Positions 56,501 to 64,000 of a stretch of DNA of 64,000 bases are shown in pieces. Both the position numbers and the translations under genes were made by a program. Location: the NCBI GenBank assembly GCA_028284905.1, contig JANQQU010000003.1:1-64000 (forward strand). Direction: 5' to 3'. The notes beneath the pieces are model-generated. The model was not told where the DNA came from, did not search any database, and worked only from the letters and a program-made list of their open reading frames with translations. This stretch comes from Calditrichia bacterium. GTDB taxonomy: Bacteria > Calditrichota > Calditrichia > RBG-13-44-9 > J075. Each line of letters begins with the position of its first letter. Position 1 is the first letter of the stretch.

Positions 56501-58081
56501 ATGAATTTATATGCTGTTCCCATGCTAATTTCCGGCATTCTCTGCATGCTGCTGGCTATTGTTACCTGGCTATTTCGCCGGCGCGAACGCATTAACCGGA
56601 TTTTCTCTTTCTTTACCCTGGCATTGGCTTTGGATGCATTTGCTTTCTTTGCCTGGTTTCAATTTGGCACTCTGGAAAGCATTCATACCTGGATGCGCCT
56701 CACTTTTTCCGCAGGCTTCATTGTTCCCGCCGGACTAATCCTCTTCTTTCTTGCCTTTACCGGCTATGACAAAAATTTGTCAGCCAAAATCATGGGCATC
56801 CGGGTAAAACATTTTCTCATTGTTACCCTGACGTTCATTTTCATCACCGCACTGCTTAGCCAGTTTACCGACCTGGTGAACAAGATCCCTGAGAATCCCC
56901 AACATATCTGGGATACACCTGCAGGGCCTTTGGGAATTTTAATGCTGCCGATTTTTGCCCTAATCTTTCTCTATCTGTTTACGATGGCTTATAAAAGTTA
57001 TCGAAAGGCTGAAAGTCTTGCGCAACAGCGGTTTATCTTAATACTGATCATTGGCACATCCCTGTGGATACTTTTCGGTTATGTTGGCGCGCTGGCATTC
57101 CCGGTAGGTAGCAAAACCTGGTCTGCCATTAGTTATCTTGGCACGGGAATTATGGCGGTGTTTTACTTTGTCGCTATCGTCAACTTTCAATCAGACAAAG
57201 TGCACGCGCTTAACATCGGCCTCGAAGAAAAGGTCGCAGAGCGGACGCGCGAACTTAGCGAGAAAAACATTGAACTGGAGGATGCATTCAACCAATTAAA
57301 GGAGATGCAAAAACAAATAATCGTTCAGGAAAAGATGGCTTCGCTGGGACAGCTCGTAGCCGGGCTAACCCATGAGTTCAACACACCGATCGGTGCCATG
57401 CGTAGCATGCAAAGCACAAAGTCGAAAGCGTTGAAACGGCTGGAGAAAACATTGGCCGATGGGCATAGTGCAAACAGCGCAGACAGCCGGGAAATCAACA
57501 AAATGATGAAGGTGATATCTGACGCGGACCAACTGATCGATGAAGGCACCGGGCGCCTGCATGGCATTATTGAAAATTTGAAAAATTTTGTAAGGCTGGA
57601 TGAATCCGAGACGGTGAAAGCCGACATTCATGATGGCATCGAGAGTGTGCTGTCTTTATTGGAAAGTGATATTCTGAAAGGTATTCAGGTTACCCGCAAT
57701 TATGGGGTAGTGCCGGAAATTCTTTCTCAACCCCGCAAACTAAACCAGGTATACCTAAATATTATTAAAAATGCTGCCCAGGCAACAACCGGTAAAAATG
57801 GGCGTATCACCGTCACTACTGTTTTACAGGAAAATAGTATTCATATTTCCATCCGGGATAACGGTAAAGGCATTGAGCAGAAAGATCTCACAGCGATTTT
57901 TGAGCCGGGCTTTACCACCAAGAACGCGATCGTCCGGGCCCGGCTTGGATTGGCGATTAGCCTGCAGATCGTTCAGGAGCATCAGGGTAGTATACAGGTC
58001 GACAGCGAGCCGGGAAAAGGCTCAGTTTTCACCATCATTCTCCCGGTTGAACCTCTGCAGGATGCCCACGCAGAAAATTGA
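56501..58081 (+). CDS. Sensor histidine kinase with N-terminal polytopic membrane sensor domain
   Basis: About 7 TM helices. HisKA (LTHEFNTPIGAMRS), HATPase_c (N, G1 DNGKGI, G2 GLGL boxes). Confidence 0.85.
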   Translation: MNLYAVPMLISGILCMLLAIVTWLFRRRERINRIFSFFTLALALDAFAFFAWFQFGTLESIHTWMRLTFSAGFIVPAGLILFFLAFTGYDKNLSAKIMGIRVKHFLIVTLTFIFITALLSQFTDLVNKIPENPQHIWDTPAGPLGILMLPIFALIFLYLFTMAYKSYRKAESLAQQRFILILIIGTSLWILFGYVGALAFPVGSKTWSAISYLGTGIMAVFYFVAIVNFQSDKVHALNIGLEEKVAERTRELSEKNIELEDAFNQLKEMQKQIIVQEKMASLGQLVAGLTHEFNTPIGAMRSMQSTKSKALKRLEKTLADGHSANSADSREINKMMKVISDADQLIDEGTGRLHGIIENLKNFVRLDESETVKADIHDGIESVLSLLESDILKGIQVTRNYGVVPEILSQPRKLNQVYLNIIKNAAQATTGKNGRITVTTVLQENSIHISIRDNGKGIEQKDLTAIFEPGFTTKNAIVRARLGLAISLQIVQEHQGSIQVDSEPGKGSVFTIILPVEPLQDAHAEN

Positions 58082-58103
58082 TTCTCGGTTTTTTCTAACC
58101 AGT

Positions 58104-58547
58104 TTAATGCATCGAAAACTGTTTGGTAATTATCTGCCATCCCTCGGCCACTTTATAGAGTGTCAGATAATCTGTAAACTTCAGCTTTTCATCTTCGTAC
58201 ACGGTCAACTTCACCATTGCGGTTTGCCCGGTAACATCAATCATCACATATTCTGTTCGGTAGTTTCCCTTCGGCTTCCCGGCATTTTTTTTCCGGTTGG
58301 CCTCCAGGCGTTCGATCCAATTGTTTAGCGTTCTCTTCGAGAAAGTTTCTTTATAATAGACATACATATTAAACTCGGGGTGAATCCCTTTCCGCAAATT
58401 TTCTAATTCACCACTTCCATAAATAACGTCTACATAACTTTCCTGAACTACCTTTTTCACATCTTCTGCTTCATCAGTGGACGCCGGACCGGCCAGGCAA
58501 AAATTAGTAGCAATCAGTATTGCTAAAACCACAATCAATCGTTTCAT
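58104..58547 (-). CDS. Secreted NTF2-like/SnoaL-like fold protein
   Basis: 147 aa. Signal peptide. Cone-shaped alpha+beta pattern typical of the NTF2-like superfamily. Confidence 0.4.
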   Translation of the reverse strand: MKRLIVVLAILIATNFCLAGPASTDEAEDVKKVVQESYVDVIYGSGELENLRKGIHPEFNMYVYYKETFSKRTLNNWIERLEANRKKNAGKPKGNYRTEYVMIDVTGQTAMVKLTVYEDEKLKFTDYLTLYKVAEGWQIITKQFSMH

Positions 58548-58577
58548 GAAAAACTCCTTTATTAAGGATATTAATTA

Positions 58578-58813
58578 GGTCGTGTTGACAATCAGGTTAA
58601 ACAACAGGTTCCAGAAACTTTACAAAGCGCTGTTTATTTTGAATATAGAAATTTTCAAAAAATCCCACATTCATTCTGAGCCCCTCGTCAAGCTCAGGAT
58701 GAATAGAGGTCGTGATGTCTGTTTTTATTGTATTATCGATTCACTTTAGATATAAAATGCGATGAAAGATAGATAATGACAATTAGTAAACGTTCTTGAT
58801 TGTCATCACGACC
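58578..58813. mobile_element. MITE-like element with 17-bp terminal inverted repeats (GGTCGTGTTGACAATCA / TGATTGTCATCACGACC, 16/17) and an internal hairpin ATTCATTCTGAGC-N10-GCTCAGGATGAAT
   Basis: Read directly. The internal hairpin (58669-58704) is related to the TIR of the 12891-13053 element. An extra internal copy GGTCGTGATG sits at 58707-58716. Confidence 0.5.
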
Positions 58814-59107
58814 GAATCTAATACCCGCGAAATTTTGATAATTTTATCTCCGCTCCCGCTGGCGAGCATTTCCTCATTCCCTTAGGGCAATTCTGTAATG
58901 ATTATACGCCCAATGATAAACGGCATTCGGGGATTCAGGTTGCCGAAAAGTAGCAATTTGCGGAAATTATTTCTGCCATTCAAGCCGACGAAGACCTAGC
59001 GCCCAAAGGAATATAAATGTGTTGATTTTCCCATCGCGCATCTGCTTATTTATACCCCTTAACTGAGGGAAGACTAAACTAATTTCGAACAGCTGTGGAG
59101 GAGTGCC

Positions 59108-60577
59108 ATGCAGATAACAACACCTGATTGGGTTAAACATACCGTTTTCTATCAAATATTTCCGGATCGCTTTGCCCGAAGCGCCCGCTCGGAAACGCCT
59201 CCCGGCATTACCTTAAAGCCATGGGGCGCTCCCCCGGAAGAGCAGGGATTTCAGGGAGGAGATCTGCGCGGCATCGTCGACAAGCTGGATTATTTGCAGG
59301 ATCTCGGCATCGGTGCAATATACATGACCCCGATATTTTCTTCCGCTGCCAATCACCGCTATCACACTTTCGACTATATGCAGGTAGATCCATTGCTCGG
59401 CGGCAATGAAGCACTAAGAGAGTTGCTCGATGAAGCGCATGCCCGCAACATGAAAGTCGTCTTGGATGGCGTTTTTAATCATGCCAGTAGAGGTTTCTGG
59501 CCGTTTCACCATGTTCTGGAGAACGGTGGAAATTCTCCCTACCTCGGTTGGTTCACGATTAACGGTTGGCCGTTACGCCCTTACAATAACGACAGTGAAC
59601 ACCCGCATAATTATGCCGCTTGGTGGAACTTACCCGCATTACCGAAGCTCAACATAAAGAATCCCGGTGTTCGCCAATATATTCTCGATGTTACCCGCTT
59701 CTGGCTGGAATTCGGCATCGACGGCTGGCGCCTTGATGTTCCGGAAGATATTGACGATGAGGACTTCTGGCAGGATTTTCGGAAAGTGGTTAAATCGACA
59801 AATCCGGAAGCTTACATCTGCGGAGAGATTTGGCGGATTGCCCCGGAATGGCTGCAGGGAGATCGCTTTGACGCTCTTATGAATTATCCATTCGGCGTCC
59901 CGGCAATGAATTTCTTCGGCGCGGAAACAGTGACCGGCTATCGGAAAAATGCCCAGTATGATCTTCAACCATTGTCTGAAGATGAATTTGCCGGAAAAAT
60001 CGAGACGCTCTTTGAGACTTACGATTGGGAAGTAAACCAGGTGCAGCTCAATCTGTTAAGTAGCCATGATACGCCTCGCGCCTTGTGGGCAATGGGTGGC
60101 GATGTGAGCGCACTGAAACTGTGCACCTTTTTCCAAATGACGATGCCCGGCGCTCCGAGCATTTATTATGGTGACGAGATCGGCATGAATGCCCCGGACG
60201 ATCCCGGCTGCCGGGAAGCTTTTCCCTGGGATAATACTGCCAACTGGAATTACGAAGTGCAGGGATTTACGAAAACGGCAATAAAACTGCGCCATCGCTA
60301 TGAAGCGTTGCGGACCGGCAGTTTTCATCTGCTAACAGCGGGAAATGATATTTATGCTTTTGTCCGTAAATCCGGCGAGAGCGAAATAATCGTTGTGTTC
60401 AACCGCCGCCGGGAAGCGCAGCATATTTCCTTAAACGCAGCGTCATTTACTAAGTCCGGCACCAACTTTCAGGCCATCTATGGCAGCAGTGGTCAGTTTA
60501 CGGTCACTGATGGAGAAATTCGCGACATCACGATTGATGAGAGGGATTTGGTCATACTGACGAATTCTCCAAAATAA
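59108..60577 (+). CDS. Glycoside hydrolase family 13 (alpha-amylase superfamily) enzyme
   Basis: 489 aa. GH13 regions I-IV (DGVFNH, GWRLDVPEDI, EIW, LLSSHD). Confidence 0.9.
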   Translation: MQITTPDWVKHTVFYQIFPDRFARSARSETPPGITLKPWGAPPEEQGFQGGDLRGIVDKLDYLQDLGIGAIYMTPIFSSAANHRYHTFDYMQVDPLLGGNEALRELLDEAHARNMKVVLDGVFNHASRGFWPFHHVLENGGNSPYLGWFTINGWPLRPYNNDSEHPHNYAAWWNLPALPKLNIKNPGVRQYILDVTRFWLEFGIDGWRLDVPEDIDDEDFWQDFRKVVKSTNPEAYICGEIWRIAPEWLQGDRFDALMNYPFGVPAMNFFGAETVTGYRKNAQYDLQPLSEDEFAGKIETLFETYDWEVNQVQLNLLSSHDTPRALWAMGGDVSALKLCTFFQMTMPGAPSIYYGDEIGMNAPDDPGCREAFPWDNTANWNYEVQGFTKTAIKLRHRYEALRTGSFHLLTAGNDIYAFVRKSGESEIIVVFNRRREAQHISLNAASFTKSGTNFQAIYGSSGQFTVTDGEIRDITIDERDLVILTNSPK

Positions 60578-60665
60578 GTTGGTTAATTTTGCGGTGTTGT
60601 TTATTATAACGGCAGACGCAGCGTTCACTCGGAGCGCTGCCGATCATTAGCAGGGAAAGTAGTTT

Positions 60666-61784
60666 ATGTCGGAACAGGTTTTTGCAGCGGATGTTGGTCA
60701 TCCGGAACATCAGGAAAATATTTTGAAAGCAATGGCGCAGAATCGCCTGCCCCACGCCTTCCTTTTCTATGGTCCGGAAGGCAGCGGGAAAGACGCTTTC
60801 TCCATTGCACTGGCGCAACTACTAAACACAACTGCAGAAAATGGCGCTATTGATCCGACTTCCCCGACTTACCAAAAAATTGCCCATTTACAGCATCCGG
60901 ATGTTTTTTTCATCTTTCCGACACCAGCAAAAACCAATCTTAAAGATGAGGAGTTTATGGAAGCCTTGCGGGCCAAGGCAAATAATCCTTATCGCCGCGT
61001 AGTCTTCCCCCGGAAAAATACCTTTATTGGCATCGACACCATTCGCGGGTTGAAAAAGGAAGCACGATATAAGTTGTATGAAGGGAAGAAGAAGATCTTC
61101 ATCATCAGCGGTGCCGAGAAAATGCGGGTGGAAGCAGCCAATGCGCTCCTGAAATTGCTGGAAGAACCACCCGGCAACCTGATGTTGATCCTGATTACCA
61201 CCAATATCTACCAGATGCTGCCGACAATCAAATCCCGCTGTCAACTCATGCGTTTTTCCCCTTTGCCGGAGGCTCAGATTCAGAAAATAGTGAATCGTTA
61301 TACAAAAAATACGGATGCCAGTACACTGTCGTTATTGATCCGATTATCCGGGTATAACGTTAAACGCACCTTCGACTTTTTAGAAAAAGATATCATAAAA
61401 ATGCGGGATCAAGCAATTGACCTGCTTCGCAAAATCGTATTAATACATAGAACTCAGGAGTTGATGGAGATTGTCGAACCGTTGGTCGCCCGGCAAAGCA
61501 GTGAAGATGCAAAACTGACTCTGTGGTTTCTTTTGCTCTGGTTTCAGGATATTTTGCACCTGAAAGCAAATCTGGGCGATGAAAATTTATACAACTTTGA
61601 CAAAAAGGACACGTTAAAAAAGTTCATGGGCTTTACGCCGAATGCCGATATCACCGGTATTGTTTGGGAAATCGAATCTGCATTGCAACAACTAAGGGAT
61701 CTTCGAAATTTCAATCCTTTATTGATTTTGGCAACTCTCGCTATTAAACTTAACGAGATGCTGAAGAAAAGCAGAGCAAAATAA
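60666..61784 (+). CDS. holB: DNA polymerase III subunit delta'
   Basis: 372 aa. AAA+ HAFLFYGPEGSGKDAF. Followed by ricT/PSP1 as in the conserved holB-yaaT arrangement. Confidence 0.8.
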   Translation: MSEQVFAADVGHPEHQENILKAMAQNRLPHAFLFYGPEGSGKDAFSIALAQLLNTTAENGAIDPTSPTYQKIAHLQHPDVFFIFPTPAKTNLKDEEFMEALRAKANNPYRRVVFPRKNTFIGIDTIRGLKKEARYKLYEGKKKIFIISGAEKMRVEAANALLKLLEEPPGNLMLILITTNIYQMLPTIKSRCQLMRFSPLPEAQIQKIVNRYTKNTDASTLSLLIRLSGYNVKRTFDFLEKDIIKMRDQAIDLLRKIVLIHRTQELMEIVEPLVARQSSEDAKLTLWFLLLWFQDILHLKANLGDENLYNFDKKDTLKKFMGFTPNADITGIVWEIESALQQLRDLRNFNPLLILATLAIKLNEMLKKSRAK

Positions 61785-61800
61785 CAAGTTAGGGGCTGTC

Positions 61801-62661
61801 GTGAATACAACTTCTGAATGCAACGATATAGAATCTCCGCAGATAAATTCAACTGAAATTAGTATAGCTGAAGTTATTTTTAAAGCTGGACGAATTGGTG
61901 TCTACGCCAATCCGGCAAATCTTGATCTAAATGCAAATGACCACGTCATTGTTGAAGCAGATAAAGGTTATGATCTCGGCCGGGTAACCCTTCGTGGTAG
62001 CACTTATAATGGCTACGGCAAGAATGAGGACCTGAAGAAGATTGTTCGTAAAGCAAATGAAGACGATCTGGCGAAGTTAAAGGAAAACCGCGAAAAAGAA
62101 GATCAGGCCGTCCGCAGTTGCAAAACTAAAATTATTAAGCACCAGTTAAATATGAACCTTATTGATGTTGAATATCAGTGGGATCATAACAAACTGACCT
62201 TCTACTTCACCTCCGAAGAGCGGGTAGACTTCCGTCAACTGGTGCGAGAACTTGCCAGCCAGTACCGCACCCGTATAGAGTTACGCCAGATTGGCGTACG
62301 GGACGCCGCCCGCCATATTTCCGGTTACGGCAGCTGTGGCTGTCAACTGTGTTGCACCGTATTCCTGAAAAAATTTGAGAACATCACCACGCAATACATT
62401 AAAGACCAGTTAATCCCCACTAATCCTTCCCGGCTGACCGGCGTTTGCGGCCGTTTAAAGTGCTGCTTATCCTTTGAGCGGGATTTTTATGTGGAAGAAT
62501 TAGCAAAATATCCGACGGTGAACTCGAAGATCCGTACCCCAAAAGGCAAAGGCTACGTCGAGAAGGTAGATATCTTCAATGCCGCCGTTTACGTCAAAAT
62601 TAATGGTGATGTTGAGCGATTTAGTTTCGAAGAATTACAGCAGGAAACACAACCGGTCTAA
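61801..62661 (+). CDS. ricT: PSP1 C-terminal domain protein (RicT/YaaT-like)
   Basis: 286 aa. Cys-rich motif SGYGSCGCQLCCTVF...GVCGRLKCCLSFE. Confidence 0.85.
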   Translation: MNTTSECNDIESPQINSTEISIAEVIFKAGRIGVYANPANLDLNANDHVIVEADKGYDLGRVTLRGSTYNGYGKNEDLKKIVRKANEDDLAKLKENREKEDQAVRSCKTKIIKHQLNMNLIDVEYQWDHNKLTFYFTSEERVDFRQLVRELASQYRTRIELRQIGVRDAARHISGYGSCGCQLCCTVFLKKFENITTQYIKDQLIPTNPSRLTGVCGRLKCCLSFERDFYVEELAKYPTVNSKIRTPKGKGYVEKVDIFNAAVYVKINGDVERFSFEELQQETQPV

Positions 62662-62758
62662 AACAGTTTTTGAATAAAGAGAAACGCCGCTGCACAATCC
62701 CTGCCCTTCAGGGACGATGCAGCGGCGTTTTTTATTAGGGCCTGTCAGCAAATATAAG

Positions 62759-64000
62759 TTATTTCTCGATAAAGAAGCTCAGATACTGCAATTGCCGCCC
62801 ACGCTGAATCTGGATTACAACCGGGTCCCCGGCATTAATTTTCGCCATCTCGGCTTGCAGATTCTTTAAGCTCGTCACTTCGGCATTATTGATCGAGTAG
62901 ATTACATCTCCCGGGAAAAATTGCACATCTTCTGAAGGCGTCTCCGCGGAAATTGCTGCCACCAGCACTCCAAAGCGCTTACGTAGATTTGGCAGCATTT
63001 CTTCGACGCGACGATTGATATCGATCGCCAGCACGCCCAGGCGCGGCACCAGGTTGTCGGTACCATTTACCATTGCGCTAAAACGGCCGGGATCATCATC
63101 TCTTTCGATCACTTCCACTTCGACTTTTAGGCGCTCACTACCGCGCAGCACCTCCAGCAGAACTTTCTCACCGACTGTTTTCTGATAAAGATTCACATTA
63201 AACTGGCGGCCATTCTCCATCAGTTTGCTACCGATGGCAAAGATTACGTCACCAGGTTTTAGACCGGCAAGTGATGCCGGGCTTCCCGGATACACATCAC
63301 TCAGGATTACCCCGTAATCCTGGGACAGATTCATTACTTTTGCCATTGGCTGGGTAACTGTCTGTGCTTTCACGCCAATATATCCGCGGCGCACCCGGCC
63401 TTCCTTAAGGATTTGCTGATAGACATTTCTAACAATATTCGCCGGCACGGCAAATCCTAGACCTTCGCTGCCACCGGATTGAGAGAGGATCAGCGTATTA
63501 ATTCCCACGACCCGGCCTTCGGTATCGACCAACGGTCCACCGCTGTTTCCGGGATTGATTGGCGCATCGGTTTGAATATAGACCACCGGATCTTCCGGGC
63601 GAAACTGACGGGCAACCGAGCTGACGATTCCCATCGATACGGAATTTTCCAACCCCAGCGGACTACCAAAGGCCATCACCACCTGACCGGAGCGTAACTG
63701 ATCGGAGTCTCCTAAAGGTAGCTTTGGGAGGTTGTTACGTTCAATTTTTAATACTGCGATATCGGTTTCCACGTCGGTGCCGACAATTTTCGCCACCACT
63801 TTTTCGCCGGCTGGTTTCAGGATAGAGCGGCTGCTTTCCCGTCCCTGGCGGGATACTGGCAAGAGCACTTCCACATGGGTTGCGCCTTCGACAACATGGT
63901 TGTTGGTAACGATATAGCCGGACGCATCGAGGATGACGCCAGAGCCACTATTACGGCGTGGGGCGATAATGCTGGACGCTGTCGAGGCATCTCCCGGGCC
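62759..64000 (-). CDS. DegQ/HtrA-family serine protease with two PDZ domains (5' end beyond window)
   Basis: The ORF continues past 63874 on the minus strand: reverse translation of 63875-63950 gives GSGVILDASGYIVTNNHVVEGATH (catalytic His region). GNSGGPL Ser motif and 2 PDZ are within the window. Confidence 0.85.
   Translation of the reverse strand, partial: GPGDASTASSIIAPRRNSGSGVILDASGYIVTNNHVVEGATHVEVLLPVSRQGRESSRSILKPAGEKVVAKIVGTDVETDIAVLKIERNNLPKLPLGDSDQLRSGQVVMAFGSPLGLENSVSMGIVSSVARQFRPEDPVVYIQTDAPINPGNSGGPLVDTEGRVVGINTLILSQSGGSEGLGFAVPANIVRNVYQQILKEGRVRRGYIGVKAQTVTQPMAKVMNLSQDYGVILSDVYPGSPASLAGLKPGDVIFAIGSKLMENGRQFNVNLYQKTVGEKVLLEVLRGSERLKVEVEVIERDDDPGRFSAMVNGTDNLVPRLGVLAIDINRRVEEMLPNLRKRFGVLVAAISAETPSEDVQFFPGDVIYSINNAEVTSLKNLQAEMAKINAGDPVVIQIQRGRQLQYLSFFIEK

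Overview
This is a 64 kb, gene-dense chromosomal segment from a Gram-negative (diderm) bacterium, with most genes on the minus strand. No rRNA, tRNA or CRISPR array was recognised. Lineage is uncertain: the sigma-54 usage and the TonB-receptor (CarbopepD_reg) plus DUF4249 pairing suggest an FCB-group-like organism. Housekeeping genes recognised: gatB, gatA, tatA, purQ, purS, purC, purB, pssA, psd, htrA-like, truA, rfbB, kynU, clpP, ppk1, holB, ricT/PSP1 and a degQ-like gene truncated at the window end. Three accessory blocks are interleaved. (i) 13.2-20.9 kb: outer-membrane beta-barrel paralogs (one fused to a transglutaminase-like domain), a FecR-like protein, DUF4097, a TonB-dependent receptor and DUF4249. 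(ii) 20.9-32.6 kb: a large PspA/IM30-centred membrane-stress island with two pspA paralogs, a YbjN-like protein, a J-domain protein, an RCK K+ channel, a membrane-anchored spermidine-synthase-like protein, DUF350, a lipoprotein, DUF4178, flotillin with NfeD, a GxxExxY protein and a PspF-like sigma-54 activator, preceded by a canonical sigma-54 promoter (TGGCAC-N5-TTGC). (iii) 40.8-44.0 kb: a tight operon of PAS-sigma-54 activator, Ras-like small GTPase, Roadblock/LC7 protein and coiled-coil protein. Further sigma-54-type promoters precede tandem hsp20 genes (with a strikingly paralogous promoter region and an upstream inverted-repeat enhancer candidate) and a YXWGXW lipoprotein. Intergenic regions carry two MITE-like inverted-repeat elements, two 28-bp perfect palindromes that differ only by compensatory substitutions, a four-unit ~50-bp tandem hairpin repeat, and a nested-helix structured element upstream of rfbB.
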